DNA of 32,000 nt from Candidatus Saccharimonadota bacterium (lineage in GTDB: Bacteria; Patescibacteriota; Saccharimonadia; Saccharimonadales; UBA4665), in the NCBI GenBank assembly GCA_016700375.1, contig CP065016.1:780001-812000 (forward strand), read 5' to 3'. A program made the translations under genes and the position numbers. The notes under the pieces were generated by a model. The model ran no database searches. It was given only the letters and a program-made list of their open reading frames with translations, and was not told the DNA's origin. This document shows positions 23,801 to 31,178 of this stretch, one piece after another (position 1 is the stretch's first letter; every line of letters begins with the position of its first letter).

Positions 23801-24319
23801 TTACAACGTAACTTTGCGGCGGAGGCGGACATGGTAGTAGGCCGAGGCGCCAAGTATTGCTGCTGCAACAGGGAGAAGCACCTCGCCCGCTCCCGTATTT
23901 GCAAGCTCCGTAGTTGTACTTGGAGTTTGTGTTGCAGTTGAGCTCGTCTGACCTGTTGTTGTCTTTGAAGTAGCTGAGGTCGATGTTGCTGCCGATTCTG
24001 TGGCGCTAGTACTGCTCGTCGGCGTCTGTGTCTGCGTGGAAGTTTGCGTTGTGCCAGTACCAGAAGTGGCGGCAGAGGAGGAAGTTGTATCGGTAGACTG
24101 TTTATTCGTTGGAGTATCGATAGCTTTTTCTATGGCGCTAGAGCCAGATTTAACCGCAGTCTGGGTCGTGTTAGCTGCCGTATCAACGGCTTTGTCGACT
24201 TTTGGGCTACGCCAAAAGAGCAGCCATAGCACAAACCAAACAAGCGCCGCCAAGATGAGGAGTGATACAAGAAACCACAACACTCTTCCTACGACCGACA
24301 CTCTGTTTTGTTCGTACAT
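23801..24319 (-). CDS. Ser/Thr-rich surface protein with LPXTG-like (LANTG) sorting signal
   Basis: An N-terminal TM segment and a ~100-aa S/T/A/Q low-complexity tract. The C-terminus ELANTGAGEVLLPVAAAILGASAYYHVRLRRK has the motif, hydrophobic stretch and basic tail. Confidence 0.75.
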   Translation of the reverse strand: MYEQNRVSVVGRVLWFLVSLLILAALVWFVLWLLFWRSPKVDKAVDTAANTTQTAVKSGSSAIEKAIDTPTNKQSTDTTSSSAATSGTGTTQTSTQTQTPTSSTSATESAATSTSATSKTTTGQTSSTATQTPSTTTELANTGAGEVLLPVAAAILGASAYYHVRLRRKVTL

Positions 24320-24411
24320 ATACCTTACCTCAATACGTTATAGGTGTACGATAGCAGAATAGTTGCAAAAAAGCAATATACTTTGGATTACTAGTTTTAG
24401 TTATGGTTATT

Positions 24412-25122
24412 TCAAAAGTGCAAGCGACGCAGAAGACTGTCCATCGCATCCACTTTGTGCGGTTCTATGGGGAGGAAATTTGCTATGTAATCAACAACTG
24501 CTTCTTCGTTGGCTTCATCAACGTACAGCACAACAGGAGGCATGAAGCGCTTGAGTGGCAAAAGGGTTATCCCTAGTACCGGTGACTCTTCGTCAACCGA
24601 AAAAGCCTTAAAATCATGCAAACCATATGGCTTATTGCCGACCTGAACAAAATCTTCCCGCAAGGTGTATGTTTGCTGTTTTGGCTCCCTGGACGAAATG
24701 AACAGTAATCCAGCTACGGCACCGATGACTACCACTGTCGAAATAATGTCTTTCGTAATAAAGAAGAGTACAGCGGCGAGTAGAATAGCTCCCAATGAGT
24801 AAGCCCCGTACCACTTAGAAGTTTTTTGATGATTTAGATTTTCTGCTGTCGTCCATGTGATAGTGTCAACCATATCTGTGGGGTATTCTTCAGGGGCTTG
24901 ATTTTCGTACTTAGCATATTCGTTTGATTCCGCTACTTCTGGCATAGCCGGCTGTTCAACTACAGTGCTCTGCGGCTCAAGCGCCACAGATGCCGCGGAT
25001 TGTGATACCGGCGCTGGTTGTTGTTGGGCTACGGCTGATACTTCAGGAGTTACAGGCGGCATCACTTGTCGCGGGGCACTGGCGCCTGGTGCGATGACCT
25101 GTCCTGGTTGCTGCTCTTGCAT
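24412..25122 (-). CDS. Membrane protein: P/Q-rich N-terminus, two TM helices, C-terminal small globular (possibly PH-like) domain
   Basis: 236-aa ORF with WYGAYSLGAILLAAVLFFITKDIISTVVVIGAVAGLLFI. The function is unknown. Confidence 0.65.
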   Translation of the reverse strand: MQEQQPGQVIAPGASAPRQVMPPVTPEVSAVAQQQPAPVSQSAASVALEPQSTVVEQPAMPEVAESNEYAKYENQAPEEYPTDMVDTITWTTAENLNHQKTSKWYGAYSLGAILLAAVLFFITKDIISTVVVIGAVAGLLFISSREPKQQTYTLREDFVQVGNKPYGLHDFKAFSVDEESPVLGITLLPLKRFMPPVVLYVDEANEEAVVDYIANFLPIEPHKVDAMDSLLRRLHF

Positions 25123-25127
25123 AAGCG

Positions 25128-25487
25128 CTATTGTACTACATTTTGCAGAAGTTGGGATGTATTAGGCCGAACCGAACGACGATTATCAAGACACTGTTTA
25201 ATAAGATATTCATCGGAGTTACTTTTTAGTACGTAGAGCCAATCATATGCCTTCTCTTTCGTTTTTCGCACAACATAGCCCTTTGAATTTGAGTGAATTC
25301 TACGCAAATCAACTTCAAGACCACTGGTAAAGCGCACCTGAACTCGATGCAGTCCGCTGTTATCGTCAACTACTAAATCGTAAGCTGCCGATTCGGTAAT
25401 CGGTAGTGATATATCATAGCCAAGCTTAGTGAAGCTCGCTATAGCAACAGCGACCGCGATATCACCTTTGCGTTGTGTATCTCTCAT
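25128..25487 (-). CDS. Small PD-(D/E)XK-type endonuclease (group-I-intron-associated / resolvase-like family)
   Basis: RKGDIAVAVAIASFTKLGYDISLPITESAAYDLVVDDNSGLHRVQVR fits the kG..e..v...l...G..v..P......yDlivd....l.rvQvK pattern. Recalled from memory, not searched. Confidence 0.6.
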   Translation of the reverse strand: MRDTQRKGDIAVAVAIASFTKLGYDISLPITESAAYDLVVDDNSGLHRVQVRFTSGLEVDLRRIHSNSKGYVVRKTKEKAYDWLYVLKSNSDEYLIKQCLDNRRSVRPNTSQLLQNVVQ

Positions 25488-25533
25488 ATTTCTACACTAT
25501 ACCATAAAACGGTATAGTGTACCGTCATCTTTG

Positions 25534-25542
25534 TGTTATACT
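25534..25542 (+). promoter_or_regulatory. Extended -10 (TGtTATACT), 9 nt before the tRNA-Ser(UGA) 5' end
   Basis: ttTGTGTTATACTcgtaaaagaGGAGAG. It is preceded by a 10-bp perfect hairpin at 25494-25520. Confidence 0.5.
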
Positions 25543-25551
25543 CGTAAAAGA

Positions 25552-25641
25552 GGAGAGATGTCCGAGCGGTTGAAGGAGCTTGTCTTGAAAACAAGTGTGC
25601 CGGCAACGGTACCGTGGGTTCGAATCCCACTCTCTCCGCCA
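25552..25641 (+). tRNA. tRNA-Ser (anticodon UGA), CCA encoded
   Basis: 90-nt cloverleaf with anticodon stem CTTGT/ACAAG, loop CTTGAAA and a long variable arm. Confidence 0.92.
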
Positions 25642-25712
25642 TACAAACTGTGTATGCCCCGAAGGGGTATATGGAATTTGTATGCTGAGTGAGCGGGTGC
25701 ACGAGCCTTCCT

Positions 25713-25822
25713 AGGTTCGGCGGACGAGGAACGCAGCTACAAACGTGCTTGCATGTTTATAGCGAGTACCACAGGGAGGAGGGCGAGCTGGAAGCTCGCC
25801 CGATATCCCTCGCTCTCCGCCA
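25713..25822 (+). repeat. tRNA-Ser-3'-end-like structured module, copy A
   Basis: It begins AGGTTCG and ends ATCCCTCGCTCTCCGCCAA. It is 105/109 identical to copy B. Confidence 0.8.
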
Positions 25823-25953
25823 AGTTAACAAATGCCACGCCGTCTGATAAAATAACGGCAAGCATTCCCGCAGAAAGGGAAAAGAGCAGCCCGACAAAAT
25901 GGTTCACATTTTGTCGGCGCGATGAGAAAAACCGCAGGTTTGTCTCATGCCCC

Positions 25954-26046
25954 GGAGAGGTACCCAAGTGGCTGAAGGGGACGGTTTGCTAAATCGTTAG
26001 AGGGGCGAGAGTCCCTGCGAGGGTTCGAATCCCTCTCTCTCCGCCA
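25954..26046 (+). tRNA. tRNA-Ser (anticodon GCU), CCA encoded
   Basis: 93-nt cloverleaf with anticodon loop TTGCTAA and a long variable arm. Confidence 0.92.
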
Positions 26047-26053
26047 AGTAAAT

Positions 26054-26084
26054 AGAGTCTGCTCGAAAGGGTAGGCTCTTTTTA
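26054..26084 (+). terminator. Terminator hairpin after tRNA-Ser(GCU)
   Basis: AGAGTCTGC..GTAGGCTCT followed by ttttt. Confidence 0.7.
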
Positions 26085-26116
26085 CTTGGCCTGAGATGGG
26101 GTGAGAACACTCGCCC

Positions 26117-26228
26117 GAGGGTTCGGCGGACGAGGAACGCAGCTATAAACGTGCTTGCATGTTTATAGCGAGTACCGCAGAGAGGAGGGCGAGCTGGAAG
26201 CTCGCCCGATATCCCTCTCTCTCCGCCA
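26117..26228 (+). repeat. tRNA-Ser-3'-end-like structured module, copy B
   Basis: It begins GAGGGTTCG and ends ATCCCTCTCTCTCCGCCA, which is identical over 18 nt to the 3' end of tRNA-Ser(GCU). Confidence 0.8.
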
Positions 26229-26235
26229 AAGAAAT

Positions 26236-26270
26236 AGAGTCTGGCTGAAAAAGCTAGGCTCTCTTTCTTT
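26236..26270 (+). terminator. Diverged second copy of the tRNA-Ser(GCU) terminator hairpin
   Basis: AGAGTCTGGC-tgaaaaa-GCTAGGCTCT followed by ctttcttt. Compare 26054-26084. Confidence 0.5.
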
Positions 26271-26322
26271 GATATAGGGATTGATTCGAACGCGAGCGCC
26301 AGTGGCGCTCAGCCGCACAGGG

Positions 26323-27000
26323 TCACTGACCGGCTTGGCAAAATACCATTGCATCTACTCTTCGGGCGCCGGCTTTTTTCAGTATACGGGCAGCTGTTTC
26401 AAGAGTAGCGCCAGTGGTCAAAACATCGTCAACGAGAATAATGTGCTTGCCGGCTACCTCTTTTGGCAGCCTAACACGAAACGCACCTCGCAAATGCTCT
26501 AGTCGCTCTTTTCTGCCGGCACCAACCTGATGTGCTTGGCCTAGGCGGGCAAGGGAATGACTGCATGACGTGCCAGCTAATGCGCTTAATGCTTCCGCTA
26601 GCCCTACCGCCTGGTCATAACCCCGCTGCCGAACCCGGCCGGTCGCCGTTGGGACGGGCACAAACAGGGCCCCTGACGGAACAAACTGCAGGAGTGGTAC
26701 CATAAGCTCCGCCATTTCAGCTACGCCGCTATGGGCACGCTCGTATTTTGCGTGATGCAAGAGCTCTTTGGGAAGATCATCATAGTGCGTCAGCACCAAA
26801 ACACGTCGCAGGGGAGTATGGCGCCGACATGACACGCAGACGTCGGAGTCTCTCGTCACGGCGTGGCAACGGTAACATCGAGACGGTACGTAGGCCAGCG
26901 CTGCCCGGCAAGAAAGGCAGAGTAGCCGATTTTCTTCAACCGCGCAACCTAGGCATACGTGAGGGGCATAGACCCCAATTAATTTTTCTAACAGTAGCAT
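26323..27000 (-). CDS. comF: ComF-family protein (zinc-finger plus phosphoribosyltransferase domain)
   Basis: CLGC..CLSC..CYRC..CVSC cysteine pairs and the PRTase motif HIILVDDVLTTGATL. ATG 27000 is preferred over the track start at 27114. Confidence 0.8.
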   Translation of the reverse strand: MLLLEKLIGVYAPHVCLGCAVEENRLLCLSCRAALAYVPSRCYRCHAVTRDSDVCVSCRRHTPLRRVLVLTHYDDLPKELLHHAKYERAHSGVAEMAELMVPLLQFVPSGALFVPVPTATGRVRQRGYDQAVGLAEALSALAGTSCSHSLARLGQAHQVGAGRKERLEHLRGAFRVRLPKEVAGKHIILVDDVLTTGATLETAARILKKAGARRVDAMVFCQAGQ

Positions 27001-27141
27001 GTTGTCATTATTCCGTTGTAAATAAGTGCGCCCGTCTTGCACGCTGTTAATCGCCTCAGTTATACTGTTTTTAACACAAACACGCAAGACGCTATCTATT
27101 TTGTAATCCGGCAAGCACGCCGGTGGAGGGTAATAACTACT

Positions 27142-27630
27142 ATGGCACGACGCAATCGTGATGACGATTTGTTACTGGAAGAAGATGAATTGACTGCAGC
27201 CTTTTTGGGCGATGAGGCCATGCCCCAGGCAGCCGTGCAGTCTGACGATGATGTTCCCATGGACGATGGCGGCGCCGATGAGTGGAACGACGAAGAAGCC
27301 GTTCTGCCTGGCCAGCTTGCTGTAGACGTGTACGAAACCAAGGAGAAGCTTGTTGTTAAGGCGCGCACCGCTGGGGTAAATAAGGGCGACCTGGACGTCA
27401 GCATTGCAGACAACACACTAAGCATTCGCGGTACACTTAGCGCCGGCAACGAAGACCAGGTGGAAAACTACTTCGTACAGGAATGCTACTGGGGTGAATT
27501 CAGCCGCAGCATCGCTCTGCCAGTACCCGTAAAAGAAGAAGACATTGAGGCCGCTCTAAAAGACGGCGTACTCACCGTGAGCTTCACCAAGGTAAAACAG
27601 GACACCGTAAAGAAAATTCAGGTCGTTTAA
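27142..27630 (+). CDS. Hsp20/alpha-crystallin family small heat-shock protein
   Basis: The alpha-crystallin domain spans LAVDVYETKEKLVVKARTAGVNKGDLDVSIADNTLSIRG...GEFSRSIALP...DGVLTVSF. GGAGGG lies upstream of ATG 27142. Confidence 0.88.
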   Translation: MARRNRDDDLLLEEDELTAAFLGDEAMPQAAVQSDDDVPMDDGGADEWNDEEAVLPGQLAVDVYETKEKLVVKARTAGVNKGDLDVSIADNTLSIRGTLSAGNEDQVENYFVQECYWGEFSRSIALPVPVKEEDIEAALKDGVLTVSFTKVKQDTVKKIQVV

Positions 27631-27664
27631 CTCGACCATACTTTGAATTGGTTTTTGGTCAAAA

Positions 27665-27699
27665 CATAAAAAATGCTCGGGAAGCCCGAGCATTTTTTA
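27665..27699. terminator. Bidirectional rho-independent terminator
   Basis: aaaaaATGCTCGGGaagCCCGAGCATttttt. Confidence 0.85.
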
Positions 27700-27718
27700 T
27701 TACTTAATAAATCTAACC

Positions 27719-28679
27719 TGTTAGAAAACCTCGCGTTGTTTAACTTTTCCAGCTTCCTTCATAGGCCGCTCGTACTGGTAAAAGTACTCACATAGTCGCT
27801 CGAGCGGCGTCGCCTTGTCAATGCCTTTGTGTGGGCGTACACAGTTGTAGTAATTCACAAACCTGGTAAGGGCTTTGGCTCGCTCCTCACGACTGTTAAA
27901 TACCTCGGCGTTATGCCAGCTCTCCATTAGTGTTCGGATGGCTCGTTCGGCTTTGCCATTCGTCTGCGGACACTTCACTTTGGTGAACTTCTGGGTGATG
28001 CCAGCCTCGCCACAGGCTTTCATGAAAGCATGTTCACCGTAACGGCCTTTGTACTCGGTGCCATTGTCGGTTAAGATTCGTTCAATACCATAGGGGCATT
28101 GAGCCAGTACAGTACTGAGGAAATCCGCGCTACTGAACATGCTCTTGTCGGGGTAGATACCAACGTACAGCTCTCTTGAGTAGTCATCAATAGCCACAAA
28201 CAGATATTCATGGCCGTCCAGCTTCGTTTCGCCCGTAAGTAGTGGTAGACGTTTAGTATCCATATGCAACATCTCGCCTGGATAGTCTTTCTCGTAACGT
28301 TTGGCAGTCCGGGCTAGTTTATCTTGGATTGATCGCTCAATTTTGCCCAGCCGCTTTAAGCCGTACTCCAGGCATTGGTAGCGTTTGTTAGTACTGACGT
28401 GCAGGCTGTAGTCATCCCGCCGAGCCCGAGTGAGGATCTTTTGTATAGTGGGGTAGGACACCCCATATTTGGCAATGAGATCTTTCTTACGTAAGTTGAG
28501 GACAAAATAATCCTCTGCCAATGCTTTACGTTGAAACGGCATGAGCCGTGTTCGTTTATGTACTACCATAGTGGTAGCCTCCTCTCGTTGGGTTAGTTAG
28601 TTGGTTGTACTCTAACTTTTACCATGGAGGAGGCTACTTTGGTTGTCTAGAAAGTTAAATAACGCTCGGGGATTTTACA
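27719..28679 (-). mobile_element. IS481-family insertion sequence (961 bp) with 7-bp TSD TCTAACC
   Basis: The ends are TGT...ACA. The imperfect ~29-bp IRs share GCGTT(G/A)TTTAACTTT. TCTAACC is found at 27712-27718 and 28680-28686. Confidence 0.85.
27721..28569 (-). CDS. IS481-family DDE (rve-type integrase core) transposase
   Basis: 282 aa with an N-terminal HTH, then HMDTK, AIDDYSR, LTDNGTEY and PQTNGKAER. Confidence 0.9.
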   Translation of the reverse strand: MVVHKRTRLMPFQRKALAEDYFVLNLRKKDLIAKYGVSYPTIQKILTRARRDDYSLHVSTNKRYQCLEYGLKRLGKIERSIQDKLARTAKRYEKDYPGEMLHMDTKRLPLLTGETKLDGHEYLFVAIDDYSRELYVGIYPDKSMFSSADFLSTVLAQCPYGIERILTDNGTEYKGRYGEHAFMKACGEAGITQKFTKVKCPQTNGKAERAIRTLMESWHNAEVFNSREERAKALTRFVNYYNCVRPHKGIDKATPLERLCEYFYQYERPMKEAGKVKQREVF

Positions 28680-28680
28680 T

Positions 28681-29130
28681 CTAACCTGATGTTCCTAGGT
28701 TACTTGCCTTTGAAAGCACAAATCGGACAATGAATTGCGCCAGAGCAACTATAACAAGACCAATAAGTGCGTAGATGATGGTATTTTTTGCGGTGGTAAT
28801 CTTGCCGCTATCGCCGCCAGAGGTAATGTAGCGGAGACCACCCCAAATAATCATAATGACCGCGAGGAAGCCCACGACTATTGAAAATATATTTACAATG
28901 AGCTTGATGACGTTTGTAATATCAGTATTTCCTGTGCCGGCATCATTTGACGTTGAGAGACAGTCTTCGCCTATTGCTCCGTTGATGTCTACACCTTGAC
29001 CAACACACTCACCTATATCCACTGCGTATACAGCGACCGGCGCTACCAACGGTGCTGCGACAAGTAAGGCACCCGCAAGAAAGCTGGCGATTTTAATGCG
29101 TATTTTACTAATCATCTTGAAGCCTTTCAT
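28681..29130 (-). CDS. TrbC/VirB2-like (T4SS-type) pilin paralog 1
   Basis: A signal-like N-terminus (..APVAVYA/VD), a variable region with a Cys pair, then two TM helices flanking LRYITSGGDSGKITTAKN. Confidence 0.75.
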   Translation of the reverse strand: MKGFKMISKIRIKIASFLAGALLVAAPLVAPVAVYAVDIGECVGQGVDINGAIGEDCLSTSNDAGTGNTDITNVIKLIVNIFSIVVGFLAVIMIIWGGLRYITSGGDSGKITTAKNTIIYALIGLVIVALAQFIVRFVLSKASNLGTSG

Positions 29131-29178
29131 TTATTGCTTTACTTATGTTTATACCACTTGTGGTAGATACTTTCAATC

Positions 29179-29646
29179 TTAATTTTTATTGACACACGTG
29201 CCTTCTGCACTAACTACCTGGCCAGTTGGACATTTCATAGTAGATTTGGTTGTTTGTCCGAGTACAAACCTGACAATAACTTGTGACAGCGCGACAATTA
29301 TAATGCCTACTATTGCATAGATGAGCGCGTTTTTGGCGCTAGCAATTTTGCTACTGTCACCGCCAGAAGAAATATATTTTATGCCAGATATAATTATCAT
29401 TATTACAGCTACTATACCTGCCACTATACCAAGTAAACGAACAACTGACTTTATAACAGAGTCGACCTTCGTGCCCCCTTGGTCATCTGTTTCGGCACAG
29501 GCATTGCCGCTCCCAATCGAATCACAAACAGCCTGCTGATTCGGAGTAAGTGCCTGCGCATTGACAAGATGCCCAAATAGCATAAAGCTCATGACCCCTA
29601 GCGCCATCAAAACCCCTAAGCCCCTTCGTAAAATATTCTTTTTCAT
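29179..29646 (-). CDS. TrbC/VirB2-like pilin paralog 2 (with Cys-containing C-terminal extension)
   Basis: Signal-like N-terminus (..VNAQA/LT), core IKYISSGGDSSKIASAKN and tail KCPTGQVVSAEGTCVNKN. Confidence 0.75.
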   Translation of the reverse strand: MKKNILRRGLGVLMALGVMSFMLFGHLVNAQALTPNQQAVCDSIGSGNACAETDDQGGTKVDSVIKSVVRLLGIVAGIVAVIMIIISGIKYISSGGDSSKIASAKNALIYAIVGIIIVALSQVIVRFVLGQTTKSTMKCPTGQVVSAEGTCVNKN

Positions 29647-29650
29647 ACTT

Positions 29651-30058
29651 TTATAACCTCTTTACTACAAATGTGATTATGGTTTGTGCTAAAACAATAA
29701 TAACTAGGCCCGCGATAGCCCCAACCATGGTATTCTTAGCCGAACTAACCTTTTGACTGTCTCCGCCAGATGTCATGTAGCGTATGCCACTCGCAATCAT
29801 GACTATGACAGCCGCTACGCCCGCAATAACAGCAACGATTAAAGACACCTTATATAAGGTACCTGAGGTGCCCGTGAGCGGATTTTGCGCAGCGTCTGCG
29901 TTATCACTCTTACATGTTTCTGATTCGGGCGCAAATGTGCAAGCATCGCTAATTATGCTTTTCGCACCTACAGTATGAGGGATGGCAACAACCATCCCTA
30001 CGCATCCCGCTACAAGCGCGCCAAACATCGCAAATCGAAGAAACCGTTGCTTTATCAC
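29651..30058 (-). CDS. TrbC/VirB2-like pilin paralog 3
   Basis: Signal-like N-terminus and core IRYMTSGGDSQKVSSAKN. It lies 4 nt from paralog 2. Confidence 0.75.
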   Translation of the reverse strand: MIKQRFLRFAMFGALVAGCVGMVVAIPHTVGAKSIISDACTFAPESETCKSDNADAAQNPLTGTSGTLYKVSLIVAVIAGVAAVIVMIASGIRYMTSGGDSQKVSSAKNTMVGAIAGLVIIVLAQTIITFVVKRL

Positions 30059-30354
30059 CCCAGCCCCCTTACCACGAGGGTAACTATAGAATAACCGGAG
30101 AGCGCAATCGCAAGACCGATAACTGCATAAAGTATGCCTTTTTTTGCTTGTGCCATCTTTGCGGGATCACCAGAGGCCAATATATAGCGAAGTCCGCTAA
30201 TAACGATGATGAGTAGCGCGACCGATCCAGATATGCCAAATACGATACGGAGTATTTCGGGAATAGATTCTTTCGCAATATCTCCTGTAGCACCACTGTT
30301 TGGAAGGGGCGAATAATTTATATCTGCAGCAAGATGATAAAACAATTTCATCAT
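30055..30354 (-). CDS. TrbC/VirB2-like pilin paralog 4 (core only, no obvious signal peptide)
   Basis: 99 aa with core LRYILASGDPAKMAQAKK. It has 4-bp overlaps with both neighbours. Confidence 0.7.
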   Translation of the reverse strand: MMKLFYHLAADINYSPLPNSGATGDIAKESIPEILRIVFGISGSVALLIIVISGLRYILASGDPAKMAQAKKGILYAVIGLAIALSGYSIVTLVVRGLG

Positions 30355-31178
30355 TTCGAAAGCCTCCCCCCTACATAGGACACGACCGCTGCTGCCACTA
30401 TAGCTATTACGAGCCCGACGAGCGCATTAATAATACTCTCACGACCTCTTTTTGTTTTCTCTGGCTCCCCCTGGCTCGTTGTAAGCAATATACCTCCAGC
30501 TATAACAAACCCTACCGCAACGAGCCCGGCGATCCGTACTAGTGTGTCTGCAAGCGCTAACACTACGGGGAGCAAGTGACTTTTCGTTCCTGCATCATCA
30601 CCCAACAGCTTAAAGTTTGTGACATCACACGTTTTTCCACCTCCGGGACCATCTGCAAACGCTTCAGCCGGGAGATAGGCGAACCAGGGCTTAAGCCCAA
30701 GGAACGGTTTTGAACAACGAGAAGCAAGCGACCCCGTGCCGGCTGCAGGAGTAGATGTCTTATTAAGCGCACCCGGTGACATAAACTGTATGCCCGCAAA
30801 CAGGAACATGAATACCACGAGGCTTAATAATGCTTTAGATATCTTAGATTTTGCGGCTGCGGCTTTTTGAGGGTCTCCTGCAGATGCCGAATACTGTATC
30901 CCCCCCATAATAACCCCAGCAATAATAGCCACCCCAGCAACCATGCTGAACATTTTTATGGTTGGATTAACATACTTAGCAACAAAACAATCCTGCGTGT
31001 CTGAACTATGCCCGATTGGACAACACGTTCTCTGATGTCCCGCAAGGTTTGTTTGACCGGTTGGACATATTGCCGCGTCTCCTTCTGAGGCATATACCTT
31101 CCCTGATAGCGGCATAAGTGCAGCAATCCCGAATGCCAGACCAGCTGCTAGGATAATTAATTTTGTACGGATATTCAT
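30351..31178 (-). CDS. Tandem double pilin-like protein (two pilin modules in one ORF)
   Basis: Signal-like N-terminus, a Cys-rich region (ICPTG..TCCPIG..DCF), module 1 GGIQYSASAGDPQKAAAAKS and module 2 GGILLTTSQGEPEKTKRGRE, each flanked by hydrophobic helices. Confidence 0.75.
   Translation of the reverse strand: MNIRTKLIILAAGLAFGIAALMPLSGKVYASEGDAAICPTGQTNLAGHQRTCCPIGHSSDTQDCFVAKYVNPTIKMFSMVAGVAIIAGVIMGGIQYSASAGDPQKAAAAKSKISKALLSLVVFMFLFAGIQFMSPGALNKTSTPAAGTGSLASRCSKPFLGLKPWFAYLPAEAFADGPGGGKTCDVTNFKLLGDDAGTKSHLLPVVLALADTLVRIAGLVAVGFVIAGGILLTTSQGEPEKTKRGRESIINALVGLVIAIVAAAVVSYVGGRLSK

Noticed and set aside
24000-24362. 120-aa plus-strand ORF opposite the Ser/Thr-rich surface protein.
   Set aside because: It is the antisense reading of a low-complexity ACN/GCN-rich tract. 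The minus-strand product has coherent signal, stalk and sorting-signal architecture.
25737-25992. Track ORFs 25737..25967 (-) and 25753..25992 (+) between the tRNA-Ser genes.
   Set aside because: They run through repeat module A and into tRNA-Ser(GCU). The region is dominated by hairpins and a repeat conserved at the nucleotide level, not by a coding pattern.
25642-26270. A CRISPR array or other regularly spaced repeat.
   Set aside because: There are only two copies of ~110 nt, separated by a tRNA gene. There is no short repeat/spacer periodicity and no cas genes in the window.
26283-26310. A GTTCGAATC T-loop-like motif (minus strand) next to a 7-bp hairpin downstream of comF.
   Set aside because: The flanking bases cannot form a T-stem or acceptor stem. 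It is probably just the comF terminator region, though it could be a further eroded tRNA-end fragment.
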